Assembly (NCBI GenBank): GCA_035285545.1
Contig: JAYKGY010000129.1
Span: 15,047-79,046, forward strand
DNA from: Snowella sp.
GTDB lineage: Bacteria > Cyanobacteriota > Cyanobacteriia > Cyanobacteriales > Microcystaceae
Direction of reading: 5' to 3'
DNA: 64,000 nt
Under the pieces are notes generated by a model. That model did no database searches, was not told the origin of the DNA, and saw nothing but the letters and a program-made list of their open reading frames with translations. The position numbers and the translations under genes are program-made. This document shows, in pieces, positions 23,055 to 34,858 of this stretch. Position 1 is the first letter of the stretch, and each line of letters starts with the position of its first letter.

Positions 23055-24521
23055 GTGGATTTAAAACAGCAAAAGATCCAGCAATTATTACATCGGTTTT
23101 GGGGCTATGAAACGTTTCGCTTTCCCCAAGCGGAAGTAATTGATTGTCTGTTAGGTGGACAAGATGGAATTGTGGTGATGCCAACGGGGGGCGGAAAATC
23201 GATTTGTTTTCAACTGCCCGCCCTATTCCAGCAAGGTCTTACGTTGGTGGTCTCGCCTCTAATTGCCCTGATGGAAAATCAAGTTCAGGAATTGAAAGAG
23301 CGTGCCTTACCTGCGGCTTGTTTGCATGGTGAATTAGCCCGCTCGGAGCGAAAAACCATTTTAAGCAACCTTCAGCAAAATCGACTGCGCTTACTTTATG
23401 TCTCACCTGAAACCCTCTTGAGTCCAGTATTGTGGGAAATATTATGTCATCCTCAAATCAAAATCACCGGACTAATGATCGATGAAGCCCATTGTTTGGT
23501 GGAATGGGGGGATAGTTTTCGTCCTGCTTATCAGCGTTTAGGGAGCCTACGTCCTGCTTTGCTGGCCCATAAGCCCGATCAGTTGTTTAGCATCGCGGCT
23601 TTTACGGCTACAGCCGATCCCACGACCCAGACGCAACTGCAAGCCCTTCTCCAGTTAAACAATCCTCAAGTATTTACCCTTAGTCCCTATCGTTCCAATT
23701 TGTGGTTAATGGTAAAAATCGCCTGGACGGTTCGTTGCCGCCAGCATTTACTGTTGCAATTTATCCAACACCATCCCAGACAATCGGGGTTGATTTATAC
23801 GCGATCGCGTCGAGAGTGTGAAGAATTAGCGCAATGGTTAACCACGAAAAACTATCGAACAGCTGCTTATCATGGCGGATTGGGGGCTAATCAAAGACGG
23901 GAGATTGAACAGGGTTGGCTCACGGGTCAACTGCCTTTTGTGGTCTGTACCAACGCCTTTGGTTTGGGGATTAATAAACCGGATATTCGCTGGATCGCCC
24001 ATTTTCATCCGCCCCATTTACTCTCGGAATATTTACAGGAAATTGGCCGCGCAGGACGGGATGGATTACCGGCTAACTGTTTAACCTTAGTCAGTGAACC
24101 GACTGGCTGGCTGGATCCAACGGATCAACAACGTCGTCATTTTTTTAATCAACAGCGCAAAATCCAGTATCAAAACGCTCTGGCGATCGCCCAACAAATT
24201 CCTGATCAAGGGGAGCTTTTGAGTCTCAAAAAATCCTTTCCCGATGTCGAAATGTCCCTTGCCCTATTATGTCAACTTGGCCAATTGCAATGGTTAGACC
24301 CCTTTCGTTACCAACTATTGCCAAAGTCTTCTTCCCGCCCAACAGATCTCAAAACCCTATTAGTCCGACTATCCGGGACAACGTTACGCCACTATCTGTA
24401 CACCCAAAGTTGTCGATGGGCATTTTTATTAACCGCTTTTGGATTGCAAAATACAGCGTCGTTTCGTTGTGGCCATTGCGATCGCTGCTGTCAGAAAAAC
24501 CCCTCAGACAGAAAACCTTGA
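23055..24521 (+). CDS. recQ: RecQ-family ATP-dependent DNA helicase
   Basis: PTGGGKS, DEAHC, TATA, QEIGRAGRDG, C-terminal Zn-binding CR..CGHCDRC. Confidence 0.93.
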   Translation: MDLKQQKIQQLLHRFWGYETFRFPQAEVIDCLLGGQDGIVVMPTGGGKSICFQLPALFQQGLTLVVSPLIALMENQVQELKERALPAACLHGELARSERKTILSNLQQNRLRLLYVSPETLLSPVLWEILCHPQIKITGLMIDEAHCLVEWGDSFRPAYQRLGSLRPALLAHKPDQLFSIAAFTATADPTTQTQLQALLQLNNPQVFTLSPYRSNLWLMVKIAWTVRCRQHLLLQFIQHHPRQSGLIYTRSRRECEELAQWLTTKNYRTAAYHGGLGANQRREIEQGWLTGQLPFVVCTNAFGLGINKPDIRWIAHFHPPHLLSEYLQEIGRAGRDGLPANCLTLVSEPTGWLDPTDQQRRHFFNQQRKIQYQNALAIAQQIPDQGELLSLKKSFPDVEMSLALLCQLGQLQWLDPFRYQLLPKSSSRPTDLKTLLVRLSGTTLRHYLYTQSCRWAFLLTAFGLQNTASFRCGHCDRCCQKNPSDRKP

Positions 24522-24536
24522 ATTCGCTTAGACCGC

Positions 24537-25295
24537 CTACCGTAGCCATCCTTTGCGCTTCGATTTTTTCTCGGCTACTGCTATGGGATCAACAAAGGTT
24601 ACAGCTTGATCCAGAGGTAATTGTCGAATTTTTTTCGTAAAAGTTTGCACTTGATAGACTAACCGATTAGTCACATCCAAGGCCGTTAACCAACCACTTT
24701 TGGGGTGATAAGCTCCCGTATCAATATCTAACCAACCGGAACCACAGGCCAGTTTTCCTGGCTCGATTCCTGGAAAGGTAAAGGTAATGGTATGGCCCGT
24801 AATAATCGTTTTATCAAGAAAATAAGGCTGGGGACTTTGGTGAAATTCATCCCGAATCCAGCAAAATTGTTCTTCACTCTGCTTTTCTAAGGGTAAACGG
24901 GGATCAACGCCGGCATGAACGAGCCAAATTTCGCCTAAATCAAGATAAAGTGGCAAACGTAACATCCAATCAATATGTTCTTGGGGGATAAAATGTTGAT
25001 AACTTTCTAGGGTCGATGATCCGCCGGTATACAACCAAGCTTGCAGTAGTTGATGAGATACCCCCCCTCGACCAACGGCATCCAATAACATCTGTTCATG
25101 GTTTCCCATTAGGCAATGGTATCTGTTTTCGATGACGAAATTAACGACCTGGGCACTATTGGGGCCACGATCAATCAGATCCCCCATAAAGTAAACCCCA
25201 TCTCCTTCTACAGGGGCGATCGCTTCAAACAATCTGAGTAAGCTGTCATAGTGGCCGTGAACATCTCCAACTACAATTTGACGAAAAGTACCCAT
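24537..25295 (-). CDS. PPP-family Ser/Thr protein phosphatase (metallophosphoesterase)
   Basis: GDVHG, GDLIDRG, GNHE, VHAG, GHT, IDTG motifs. Confidence 0.92.
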   Translation of the reverse strand: MGTFRQIVVGDVHGHYDSLLRLFEAIAPVEGDGVYFMGDLIDRGPNSAQVVNFVIENRYHCLMGNHEQMLLDAVGRGGVSHQLLQAWLYTGGSSTLESYQHFIPQEHIDWMLRLPLYLDLGEIWLVHAGVDPRLPLEKQSEEQFCWIRDEFHQSPQPYFLDKTIITGHTITFTFPGIEPGKLACGSGWLDIDTGAYHPKSGWLTALDVTNRLVYQVQTFTKKIRQLPLDQAVTFVDPIAVAEKKSKRKGWLR

Positions 25296-25580
25296 ATTTA
25301 ACAAAAAGCTTTTAAAAGAAGCTCAGAAATTCTCTTTTACTAAAAAAACAAGGCGTTAATGGCGATTATTCTAATTAATCGTTATTATTCAAAACAATTT
25401 AATAGGACAGTTTCACAATCATGTTTCAATCTTTTCTTTTGAGGATGGGCTGCGTAACCCGTGGAGGATAGGGTTTCTATCATAGCCCATTAAAAAGCAC
25501 TATCTACGGTGAGTTTTTTAATACGAATAGATGGATTGAGTAGCAAGGGTCTCTGGTATCCTAATTTGACCACAATAAGT

Positions 25581-26756
25581 TTATTGTAGTGCTATCACTC
25601 CCTTCAACCCATATCCTAAAACTGCACTTCCTAAGACAATCCAGACACTATTGACTCGATAACGAAAGACAGCAATGCCTGCGATCGCGCTAATGAGCCA
25701 GACAGCCCAATTCAGAGAAAAAATAGTCTCATCTTTCCATAAAACCGATTGAGCCAATTTTCCGGTTACTACGACGATTAAAGCCACTGAACTGGCATTC
25801 ACGGCATCTAAAAAAGCACTGGCCCATTTGGATTGACGAAGTTTAGCAATCAAGGGATGGGAAAGAGCGACAAAAACGAAGGAAGGAAAAAAGATCCCGA
25901 CAGTAGCAACGATCGCGCCTGGAGTTCCTAAGATTAAATAACCAATAAACGTCGCGGTGGATAAGATGGGGCCTGGCGTTAATTGACCGACGGCGATCGC
26001 ATCTAATAATTGTTGTTGGGTCAACCAGCCGTAACGATTAACCAAATCCCCTTCTAAAAAAGCAAAGAGAACATAGCCACTGCCAAATAAAATACTGCCG
26101 ACTTTAAGAAAAAATAATCCTAATTTAACCAAGGTCGGTGGCATCGCGATCGCTTTTTCAGCCGTCACCACGCCCAACATTAAAAGCGGTAACGTTCCTG
26201 ATGAAGGATTACGGGGAAATGGGGACATCAAGAGTATCATGCCGATAATACCCCCTACAAAAAGAGCAACGGTTTCGGACGTTCCCAATAAAACTAATAA
26301 AATTACCAACAGGGCAATTCCCAGCAGTTGACGAGATTTAAAAACTTTTTTTCCTAATCGCCAGACAGCTGAGGCAATAACCGCTAAAATTCCTGCCTTA
26401 ATTCCGGCTAATACGGGCGTTAATTCCGGTAAGCTGCCCCAGGTAACGTAAAGCCATGCAAAAATGCTAGTAATGACGACTGCTGGCAAAATAAAGCAAC
26501 TGCCTGCAACGACCAGCCCTAACCAGCCTCCATAGCGGTAACCAATATGAATGGCCATTTCCGTTGAGTTGGGGCCAGGAATCAAATTGGTCGCGCCGAG
26601 TAAATCCAAAAACTGCGATCGCGTCAACCATTGCCGACGGTTAATAATTTCTTCCTCCATTAGGGCCAAATGGGCTGCCGGGCCGCCAAATCCGATAATA
26701 CCGAGTTTGAGGAATACGGCAACTAACTCTTTGAATCGTTGGAAATCCGTGACCAT
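25581..26756 (-). CDS. chrA: Chromate efflux transporter (CHR family)
   Basis: GFGGP..., PGPNS and the duplicated FGSG...TPGP motif. Confidence 0.92.
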   Translation of the reverse strand: MVTDFQRFKELVAVFLKLGIIGFGGPAAHLALMEEEIINRRQWLTRSQFLDLLGATNLIPGPNSTEMAIHIGYRYGGWLGLVVAGSCFILPAVVITSIFAWLYVTWGSLPELTPVLAGIKAGILAVIASAVWRLGKKVFKSRQLLGIALLVILLVLLGTSETVALFVGGIIGMILLMSPFPRNPSSGTLPLLMLGVVTAEKAIAMPPTLVKLGLFFLKVGSILFGSGYVLFAFLEGDLVNRYGWLTQQQLLDAIAVGQLTPGPILSTATFIGYLILGTPGAIVATVGIFFPSFVFVALSHPLIAKLRQSKWASAFLDAVNASSVALIVVVTGKLAQSVLWKDETIFSLNWAVWLISAIAGIAVFRYRVNSVWIVLGSAVLGYGLKGVIALQ

Positions 26757-26867
26757 AATCAAAAAATCGCCCTACTAATCCCGATCCAGTCAATCTCATC
26801 TTGATTGATTTTGATCTTAGGATGTTTAGGCGATCGCTTGTGTGTCTCTGTTGCTTTGGTTACATTG

Positions 26868-27806
26868 CTAACCTGCGTTTTGACGATACCAATCAATCGT
26901 ATTTTTCAAACCCTGCCTTAAATCCACTTGAGCCGTGAAACCGAAGGCTTCTTTCGCTTTCGTGGTATCTAAACAACGACGGGGTTGGCCATTGGGTTTA
27001 TCAACTTCCCAAATAATTTCCCCTTCAAAGCCCATTAAGTCGCAAATCAGTTCGACTAAATCTTTAATGGAAATTTCAAAATTCGTTCCCAAATTAATCG
27101 GGTCAGAGTTGTCATAAAATTGGGTTCCCATGACGATCCCTCTGGCCGCATCAGTTGAATAGAGGAATTCACGGGTGGGGCTACCATCTCCCCAAACGGG
27201 TAAGCTCTTATCACCCCGCTTCTGAGCTTCGTAAACTTTTTGAATGAGAGCAGGAATGACGTGGGAGCTACGGGGGTCAAAGTTATCTTCAGGGCCATAA
27301 AGATTGACAGGGAGCAAATAAACCCCATTAAACCCATACTGTAACCGATAGGATTCTAATTGCACCAAGAGGGCTTTTTTGGCCACACCGTAGGGCGCAT
27401 TGGTTTCTTCGGGATAGCCGTTCCAGAGGTCTTCTTCTTTGAAGGGAACGGGCGTAAATTTGGGATAGGCGCAAATGGTTCCTACACAGACAAATTTTTC
27501 GACTCCTGCTTCATAGGCAGTATGAATTAACTGGGTTCCCATGATCAGGTTGTCATAAAAAAGCTCGGCGGGTTTCTCTCGATTGAGACCAATTCCGCCC
27601 ACATGGGCCGCGAGATGAACCACAATATCCTGATTTGCCACTGCTTTTTGGCAATTTTCTAATCGACGTAAATCACAATCACGCGATCGCGGTAGAGAAA
27701 TCTTCTCAGGGGTTGCTCCTGCCTCAATTAATTGGTTAACGACCTGTTTTCCTAAAAAACCAGTCCCACCCGTCACTAAAATCCGCTTTTCTTTCAGTTC
27801 CAACAT
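26868..27806 (-). CDS. fcl: GDP-L-fucose synthase
   Basis: [35 protein letters not shown]. Adjacent to gmd. Confidence 0.95.
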   Translation of the reverse strand: MLELKEKRILVTGGTGFLGKQVVNQLIEAGATPEKISLPRSRDCDLRRLENCQKAVANQDIVVHLAAHVGGIGLNREKPAELFYDNLIMGTQLIHTAYEAGVEKFVCVGTICAYPKFTPVPFKEEDLWNGYPEETNAPYGVAKKALLVQLESYRLQYGFNGVYLLPVNLYGPEDNFDPRSSHVIPALIQKVYEAQKRGDKSLPVWGDGSPTREFLYSTDAARGIVMGTQFYDNSDPINLGTNFEISIKDLVELICDLMGFEGEIIWEVDKPNGQPRRCLDTTKAKEAFGFTAQVDLRQGLKNTIDWYRQNAG

Positions 27807-27916
27807 AAAAAACAATCCCACACAGGATCAAAGGGTTTACTGGGTTTTACGGCGAATAGTATGGCTAATCATTTATTACCCTAAACTACCCGCTGTTAAT
27901 GCTTAAATGACTTAAT

Positions 27917-29005
27917 TTAATCCACCATAACGCTCAGGGGTTGGCGAACAAAGGCGTTATCTTGAGTTAACAGAAATTCTTCCCGTTCAGTGCGATTGGG
28001 AGAAGATAACCCTAGTACCGCGAGATCTGCCTCTACCATCAGATGGACTAATTCTTTAAAGGTGACCGAATGCTTCCAGCCCAAGGTTTTCTTCGCCTTC
28101 GTTGGATCGCCAATTAATAAATCCACTTCAGCAGGACGTAAATAGCGTTCATCAAAGGCTACAAACTCTTGCCAATCTAAATTAACGTAACTAAAGGCAA
28201 TTTCTAAAAATTCTTTAATGGAATAGGTTTCTCCTGTCGCAATGACGTAATCATCAGCCATATCGTGTTGCAGCATGAGCCACATCGCTTGTACATAATC
28301 CTTGGCATAGCCCCAATCTCGCTTAGAATCCAAGTTTCCTAAGTACAATTTTTTCTGAGTTCCGGCCATAATGCGCGCGATCGCTCTCGAAATTTTTCGA
28401 GTGACAAAGGTTTCCCCCCGACGCGGCGACTCATGGTTAAACAAAATCCCATTACAGGCAAACAAATCATAGGATTCTCGGTAATTCACGGTTTGCCAAT
28501 GGGCATAAACCTTAGCACAGGCGTAGGGGCTACGGGGATAAAACGGTGTTGTTTCCTTTTGGGGAATTTCTTGTACTTTCCCGAACATTTCCGATGAGCC
28601 TGCCTGATAAAAGCGCACCTCAATCCCCGTCCGTTGCTGGTAATCCCGAATTGCTTCCAATAGCCTTAGCGTTCCCGTCCCTACCGAATCCACCGTATAC
28701 TCAGGCGAATCAAAACTAACCCGAACATGGGATTGGGCCCCTAAGTTATAAATTTCAACGGGTTTAACCTGCTCTAAAATTCTGCGGAGGGTTGTTCCAT
28801 CGGTTAAATCACCATAATGCAAGAACAGTTTGGTTTGGGGATCATGGGGATCTGTGTAGAGATGATCAATCCGATCCGTATTAAAGGTGGAAGTTCGCCG
28901 AATGATGCCATGAACCTCATAGCCCTTCTGCAATAAAAATTCGCTTAAATAAGAGCCATCTTGCCCTGTAATTCCTGTAATTAATGCACATTTCGCTTCA
29001 GACAT
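27917..29005 (-). CDS. gmd: GDP-mannose 4,6-dehydratase
   Basis: [40 protein letters not shown]. Confidence 0.97.
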   Translation of the reverse strand: MSEAKCALITGITGQDGSYLSEFLLQKGYEVHGIIRRTSTFNTDRIDHLYTDPHDPQTKLFLHYGDLTDGTTLRRILEQVKPVEIYNLGAQSHVRVSFDSPEYTVDSVGTGTLRLLEAIRDYQQRTGIEVRFYQAGSSEMFGKVQEIPQKETTPFYPRSPYACAKVYAHWQTVNYRESYDLFACNGILFNHESPRRGETFVTRKISRAIARIMAGTQKKLYLGNLDSKRDWGYAKDYVQAMWLMLQHDMADDYVIATGETYSIKEFLEIAFSYVNLDWQEFVAFDERYLRPAEVDLLIGDPTKAKKTLGWKHSVTFKELVHLMVEADLAVLGLSSPNRTEREEFLLTQDNAFVRQPLSVMVD

Positions 29006-29328
29006 TGACAAATCCTTTTGTTATAGGCACTCAGGGTTTATTAACTGTTAACGATATTAAGCCTGATGAATTTAGTCAAGCGATGCATGATAGATTTTTG
29101 AGACTTCTTTGCTGGACTACACTGGATCACTTAAAAATCCGTTAGTCTGTTACTGATGCGACAAAAAATAAAACCCCTTGCTTCAACGAAGAAAATCAAG
29201 AGGTTAATAACGACTGTTGTAATATCAGAAGCTTTTTCAATACCAGGCTTAGAAAACAATTTTGGGCTTTCTTCAATCTCTAAACACAGAATGCTCAATG
29301 AGAGAATTTAAGTCTGAAAGATAAATGT

Positions 29329-30057
29329 TTAATAAGCTCCGTTATTATTGGGAAATAAAACAACACCAAGGGTTTTAACAATCACCCAAAGATCCATTAG
29401 CCAGTTGCGATAGTTCACATAATAAACATCGATCTGAACACGCTGAGGGTAGGGAATATCATTGCGTCCAGAAACTTGCCATAAACCTGTTAACCCAGGA
29501 CGAATGGTAAGAACTTTATCAATCCGATTACCGTATTTATGAAGTTCTTCTGGTACAAGCGGTCTAGGGCCAACCACACTCATATCGCCTTTCAGTACAT
29601 TCCAAAATTGAGGAAATTCATCCAGACTCGTCAGGCGAAGAAATTTACCAATCCAAGTAATCCGAGGATCTTCTCTAAGCTTAAAGTTATCTTCAAATTC
29701 TGCTTTGGTTTTGGGGCAATCAGCAATGAGGTTTTCTAAAATTTCATCGGCATTCGTAACCATTGTGCGGAACTTGATACAGTCAAACCGTTTATGATCC
29801 TTTCCGACTCGTTGCTGTATATAGAAAATTGGCCCCGGAGAGCTAATCGCAATTAAGAGTGCAAGCACCAAATAGAGGGGAGAAAAAACAATTAAAACCG
29901 ACAAAGAAAAGACAATATCAAAAGCTCGTTTAAAAATAACACCGTCTAGGGATTGCGCCCAAGAACGCTGATATCGTCTGGAGAACGTAGGTGGGGCCCC
30001 ACGTCTCATCAAAGCCTGTAAAGCCTTGACGGAGATAAATTGGCTATTCGCAGTCAT
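29329..30057 (-). CDS. Undecaprenyl-phosphate sugar phosphotransferase (HepC/WcaJ/WbaP family)
   Basis: KRAFDI, KFRTM, DPRIT..G.FLR.TSLDE.PQ, GDMSVVGPRP, PGLTGLWQVSGR. Confidence 0.92.
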   Translation of the reverse strand: MTANSQFISVKALQALMRRGAPPTFSRRYQRSWAQSLDGVIFKRAFDIVFSLSVLIVFSPLYLVLALLIAISSPGPIFYIQQRVGKDHKRFDCIKFRTMVTNADEILENLIADCPKTKAEFEDNFKLREDPRITWIGKFLRLTSLDEFPQFWNVLKGDMSVVGPRPLVPEELHKYGNRIDKVLTIRPGLTGLWQVSGRNDIPYPQRVQIDVYYVNYRNWLMDLWVIVKTLGVVLFPNNNGAY

Positions 30058-30162
30058 CGTACTCCTTCACATCACATCACACCACACTGTCCCAATGATA
30101 AAGCCAGATTAGTCTAATTAGACAAATATGAGCCGTAAAATATCAAAATTTGTTGCCTAAAT

Positions 30163-31293
30163 TCACGAAAAGAATTTTAGACAACACTCTTCTAGGAACG
30201 CCAGATAGGACGTTTCAAAGATCTTTTGAGAGAATTTTGCCGATTGGGCACGGCAATGCTCTGCATTAAATTGATGTTGAATTTGGTAAAAAGTTTCAAC
30301 AGTTCTAACGAGAGCGGGAACGGTTTGTTCTGGAAAGAAGAGGCCAGTCGGGGTTTGAGGAGATTGATCAATACTCAGAACCGTTTCTAGGGCACCCCCT
30401 TTTCCATAGGCAATCACCGGGGTTCCACAGGCTTGGGCTTCAACGAGGGCAATTCCAAAGTCTTCGCAAGCAGCATAGACAAACGCTTTAGCTTGGGACA
30501 GATACTGTTCGACGATCGCGTTGGGTTGACTTCCTAACAATTGAATATTGGGCTTCGCTAATTCACGCAACATGGGTAAATCAGGGCCATCACCTATGAC
30601 AACTAAAGGATACTGTAATTCATTAAAGGCCTGAATGATTAATTTAATTTGTTTATAGCTAACCAAACGGGAAACGGTCACAAAAAAATCTTCTTTTTTT
30701 TCTTGATAGGGGAAGCGATCAATATTCACTGGCGGATAAATCACTTTGGCTTCGCGCCGATAACATCGCCAAATTCGACGGGCTGTATGACGAGAGTTGG
30801 CCATGAAGTAATCAACTCGATTGGCTGAAATCACATCCCATTGACGCAATAGATGGAGAAAATAACGGGTTAAAATGCCCGGTAATCCTGCTCCTAATCG
30901 GCTGTTATTGAGATAGTCGAAGGTTAAATCCCAGGCGTAACGCATGGGGGTGTGGCAATAACAAACATGAAGTTGATCGGGACGGGTTAAAACCCCTTTA
31001 GCGACGGCATGAGAAGAGGACAGAATGACATCGTAAGCCCCTAAATCGAGTTGTTCAATGGCTAACGGTAATAACGGTAAATATTTCTGAACGCCATTTC
31101 GCGCTAAGGGAAAATGTTGTAAAAAAGTCGTCCCTATATTGCGTCCAAATAGGTAACTGTTAGGATTAACCGATTCAAAGTCAATTAGGGCATAAATATC
31201 GGCTTCAATCTGCTGCAAAATTTCTTGAACAACGAGTTCAGAGCCGCCAGTTGCTTTTGGGGTTAGCCATTCATGCACGAGGGCATATTTCAT
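30163..31293 (-). CDS. Family 4 glycosyltransferase (WbaZ/RfbU-like)
   Basis: ALVHEWL..GGSE, YCHTPMRYAWD, EDFGIALVEAQACG. Confidence 0.92.
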   Translation of the reverse strand: MKYALVHEWLTPKATGGSELVVQEILQQIEADIYALIDFESVNPNSYLFGRNIGTTFLQHFPLARNGVQKYLPLLPLAIEQLDLGAYDVILSSSHAVAKGVLTRPDQLHVCYCHTPMRYAWDLTFDYLNNSRLGAGLPGILTRYFLHLLRQWDVISANRVDYFMANSRHTARRIWRCYRREAKVIYPPVNIDRFPYQEKKEDFFVTVSRLVSYKQIKLIIQAFNELQYPLVVIGDGPDLPMLRELAKPNIQLLGSQPNAIVEQYLSQAKAFVYAACEDFGIALVEAQACGTPVIAYGKGGALETVLSIDQSPQTPTGLFFPEQTVPALVRTVETFYQIQHQFNAEHCRAQSAKFSQKIFETSYLAFLEECCLKFFS

Positions 31294-31360
31294 AGGGACT
31301 TAACGGTGATTAACCAGTTAATTATGCCAGAGTTCTAAGCAACAAATTTAATAAAACAGG

Positions 31361-31717
31361 CTAGAATTCGCTACTTGAATAGCCCATTGAGGCTTCATTA
31401 TCCCGTTTAGAGCCTAATAACTCTAGTTTATCTACCCTAATAATGGGTTTAGACCGATTAGCTCCGGTTGCGCGATCATTCCAAGTATCGATCTTTAATG
31501 AACCTTGAACGCCAATTAGTCTGCCTTTTCGCACATAATTTGCTGTAAATTCAGCCGTTTTATCCCAAATTTGCAACTCAAACCAATCAGGTGGATCATC
31601 CTTTCTGATGCGATTGACAGCAAGTGTTAACGTACAAACAACCTTGCCTGACTCAAAATATTTTACCTCTGGATCTCTTCCGACATAACCTACTAAATGA
31701 ACAGAATTTAAATTCAT
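31361..31717 (-). CDS. ssb: Single-stranded DNA-binding protein
   Basis: NSVHLVGYVGRDPE, LAVNR, YVRKG..GV.G.L OB fold. Confidence 0.95.
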   Translation of the reverse strand: MNLNSVHLVGYVGRDPEVKYFESGKVVCTLTLAVNRIRKDDPPDWFELQIWDKTAEFTANYVRKGRLIGVQGSLKIDTWNDRATGANRSKPIIRVDKLELLGSKRDNEASMGYSSSEF

Positions 31718-31875
31718 AACGACTTTTTCCTAATTTAAAGAACAAGTGTATTGAAGTTTCTTTTTTAATTATCGCAATTTTACAAGACAAATTGAAAATA
31801 AATTGTTGAAATTTAAGAAGCCGCTTCCTCAAGCTACAATCAACGTTGATTCACTTAATCAATGATTATTTTGGT

Positions 31876-32409
31876 ATGACTTCTATTTCCCCTGTTATCG
31901 GCATTATTATGGGCAGTGATTCCGATTTACCGACTATGCAAGCAGCGATCGCGGTCTGTGAAGAATTTACCATTCCCTGCGAAGTAGCTATTGTGTCGGC
32001 CCATCGAACCCCAGAACGCATGGTTACCTATGCCCAAACCGCCCATGAACGGGGAATTAAAGTCATTATTGCCGGTGCCGGGGGAGCCGCCCATTTACCT
32101 GGCATGGTTGCTTCCTTAACCCCCTTGCCGGTAATTGGGGTTCCTGTCCAAACTCGAACGCTCAATGGGGTGGATTCCCTTTATTCCATTGTGCAAATGC
32201 CGGCGGGGATTCCTGTAGCAACGGTCGCGATCGGTAATGCCAAAAATGCGGGATTGTTAGCCATTCAAATCTTAGCCAGCCATGATCCGGCCTTACTTAC
32301 CCAGGTACAAGCCTATCGAGAAAACCTAAAAGCGTCCGTATTAGAAAAGCAGGCGACGCTCAAATCAGTGGGTTACCGTTCCTATCTAGCAGGTATGAAT
32401 CCTCAATAA
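31876..32409 (+). CDS. purE: N5-CAIR mutase
   Basis: [34 protein letters not shown]. Confidence 0.97.
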   Translation: MTSISPVIGIIMGSDSDLPTMQAAIAVCEEFTIPCEVAIVSAHRTPERMVTYAQTAHERGIKVIIAGAGGAAHLPGMVASLTPLPVIGVPVQTRTLNGVDSLYSIVQMPAGIPVATVAIGNAKNAGLLAIQILASHDPALLTQVQAYRENLKASVLEKQATLKSVGYRSYLAGMNPQ

Positions 32410-32452
32410 TTCGTTAAGATTAAGGATTAATACTTAGGCAAGGTTACACAAT

Positions 32453-33265
32453 ATGATTCGTTGGCTCAGGGCATTGTTTGCGATTAGTTTAATTTGGGCG
32501 ATTATTATTTTTCCCGTTAACGCTCAAGAAAAGGCCAATGTTTCCCTAACGCCTGAGCAGGTAAAAGCGGGAGAATTGTTGTTTCAAAAGGCGTTTGAGG
32601 CTACCGAACAAGGAAATTTTGCTCAAGCCGAAACCTATTGGACAGAACTCAGTCAAACTTTTCCCACCAATCCTGCGGTTTGGAGTAATCGCGGTGCCTC
32701 CCGTGTGAGTCAAAATAAGCTCACGGAAGCGATCGCCGATTTTGATGAAGCCATTCGTTTGGCCCCTGATCAACCTGATCCCTATTTGAATCGAGGGGCG
32801 GCCTTAGAAGGGTTAGGTAAATTTGAAGCCGCGATCGCCGACTATAACCAAGTCTTAGCCCTTGATCCGCAAGATCCCATGGCCTATAACAATCGAGGCA
32901 ACGCAGAGGGGGGCTTAGGGGATTGGCAAGCCGCCTTAGCTGATTTTCAAAAAGCTTCTGAAATTGCTCCCGATTTCGCCTTTGCCCGTGCTAATACCGC
33001 TTTAGCCCTGTATGAAATGGGTCAAAAACCCGAAGCCTTAAAAATGATGCGCGATTTAGTCAGAAAATACCCCATGTTTCCCGATATGCGAGCCGCCTTA
33101 ACCGCCGTCTTGTGGAATGAAGGGCAACAGGGAGAAGCCGAAAGTAATTGGGTTGCTGCGGTGGGCATGGATAATCGTTACCAAAACCTAGACTGGGTGA
33201 AAACCATCCGCCGTTGGCCACCCCAAATGGTTAATTCCCTGGATCGGTTTTTGAACCTACAGTAA
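32453..33265 (+). CDS. Exported TPR protein
   Basis: Signal peptide, tandem TPRs, conserved YP.FPDMRAAL and RRWPP motifs. Confidence 0.88.
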   Translation: MIRWLRALFAISLIWAIIIFPVNAQEKANVSLTPEQVKAGELLFQKAFEATEQGNFAQAETYWTELSQTFPTNPAVWSNRGASRVSQNKLTEAIADFDEAIRLAPDQPDPYLNRGAALEGLGKFEAAIADYNQVLALDPQDPMAYNNRGNAEGGLGDWQAALADFQKASEIAPDFAFARANTALALYEMGQKPEALKMMRDLVRKYPMFPDMRAALTAVLWNEGQQGEAESNWVAAVGMDNRYQNLDWVKTIRRWPPQMVNSLDRFLNLQ

Positions 33266-33299
33266 CTCGGTTTAAATTAGTTTTGAATCTCGTTTAGAA

Positions 33300-33386
33300 C
33301 GGAGAGGGGGGGATTCGAACCCCCGGTAAACTTACGCCTACACAGCATTTCCAGTGCTGCGCCTTAAACCACTCGGCCACCTCTCC
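33300..33386 (-). tRNA. trnS: tRNA-Ser (GGA)
   Basis: Reverse complement GGAGAGGTGGCCGAGTGG...CAGCA-CTGGAAA-TGCTG, long variable arm, GGTTCGAATCC, CCTCTCC-G. CCA not encoded. Confidence 0.97.
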
Positions 33387-33460
33387 TGGTGGGTCACAGC
33401 TTTCCATCATACAATAAATGATGGCAGATAACTCAACTTCAATAAAAATAAAAAATCCCT

Positions 33461-33829
33461 ATGGCTCGTTCCTATCAAATTCGGATTCACCATCGTCAAA
33501 CCGGAGAATCCCACACAGTATTTGTTCCTGAAGACCAATACATTCTCCATAGCGCGGAGGCTCAGGGCTATGAATTGCCTTTTTCCTGCCGTAATGGGGC
33601 TTGTACCAGTTGTGCTGTGCGAATCCTATCGGGAGAAATTTATCAACCCGAAGCAATGGGCTTGTCACCCGAATTACAGGAAAGGGGTTACGCTCTCTTG
33701 TGTGTTAGCTATCCGCGATCGGATCTTGAAGTCGAAACCCAAGACGAGGATGAGGTCTATGATTTACAATTTGGTCGTTATTTTGGCCGTGGAAAGGTAC
33801 GTTTTGGCTTACCCTTAGATGAAGATTAG
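33461..33829 (+). CDS. fed2: 2Fe-2S ferredoxin with C-terminal extension (Fed2/FdC2 type)
   Basis: LPFSCRNGACTSC..ALLCV plus QDEDEVYDLQFG tail. Confidence 0.85.
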   Translation: MARSYQIRIHHRQTGESHTVFVPEDQYILHSAEAQGYELPFSCRNGACTSCAVRILSGEIYQPEAMGLSPELQERGYALLCVSYPRSDLEVETQDEDEVYDLQFGRYFGRGKVRFGLPLDED

Positions 33830-33917
33830 TTTTGCAATTGGACGCATTTAACGGACTGTTGGGTGGTCAAGTTGCGTCTGTTCCCGCTTTTTTGCTATTG
33901 ATAAAATTTATATTCCC

Positions 33918-34763
33918 ATGACCATTGATCCTAAAAATCTCCAAAATTTGTTAGATATCGCGACAGAAGCTGTCCTGGCAGCAGGGGCTGTTGTTGAAGA
34001 TCTCTATGGCAATTTAAACGCGATCGCCGAAAAAGGACGGGCGGGAGATTTAGTGACAGAAGCCGACAAACAATCCGAGCAAGTCATTTTAGAGCATCTC
34101 AAACGGCATTGTCCTGGGCATGGCATTCTCGCAGAAGAATCGGGTTATTTAGGCAATGAGCAAGAGCTTGCCCAAAATCCCTACCTTTGGGCGATTGATC
34201 CCCTGGATGGAACCACCAACTATGCCCATAGTTATCCCGTCGCCTGTGTTTCTGTGGGATTAATGATTCAGGGGATTCCCACTGTTGGCGCGATTTATAA
34301 TCCCTTTCGCCAAGAATTATTTCGAGCTGCAAAAGGATTAGGGGCAACCTTAAACCGCCGTCCGATTCGCGTTTCTTCCCTAGAAACCTTAGAAAAAAGC
34401 CTTTTGGTATCAGGCTTTGCTTACGATCGCCGAGAAACCGTAGACAATAACTATGCAGAGTTTTGTTATTTAACCCATTTAACCCAAGGGGTGCGCCGGA
34501 GTGGTTCCGCCGCATTAGATCTAACGGATGTCGCCTGTGGCCGATTAGACGGCTATTGGGAACGTGGGATCAAGGCATGGGATATTGTGGCGGGTATCGT
34601 CATTGTCGAAGAAGCCGGGGGAAAAGTAACAGCCTATGATGGAAGCCCTCTCAATATTGCTTCCGGACGGATTTTAGCGACGAATGGGCTAATTCATTCA
34701 GAGCTAAGCCAGTCTTTAGCCAATTCTGCTGGGTGGTTTAAGGATTTAAAGATCCAAAATTGA
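33918..34763 (+). CDS. suhB: Inositol monophosphatase family protein
   Basis: DLVTEAD, AEE, IDPLDGTTN, GSAALD, WDIVAG. Confidence 0.88.
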   Translation: MTIDPKNLQNLLDIATEAVLAAGAVVEDLYGNLNAIAEKGRAGDLVTEADKQSEQVILEHLKRHCPGHGILAEESGYLGNEQELAQNPYLWAIDPLDGTTNYAHSYPVACVSVGLMIQGIPTVGAIYNPFRQELFRAAKGLGATLNRRPIRVSSLETLEKSLLVSGFAYDRRETVDNNYAEFCYLTHLTQGVRRSGSAALDLTDVACGRLDGYWERGIKAWDIVAGIVIVEEAGGKVTAYDGSPLNIASGRILATNGLIHSELSQSLANSAGWFKDLKIQN

Positions 34764-34858
34764 TCAATAAGAATCCTTACCGTTGATAGTTAATTGCTGG
34801 CGTTTTTTCAAGTTTCAGAAAATAATAGACTAGGCGAGGCGAATGAGAGGGGAGAATA

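Noticed and set aside
33300..33460. tRNA-Ser as an integration site for an island
   Set aside because: Flanked by core genes. No integrase and no duplicated tRNA 3' end seen.
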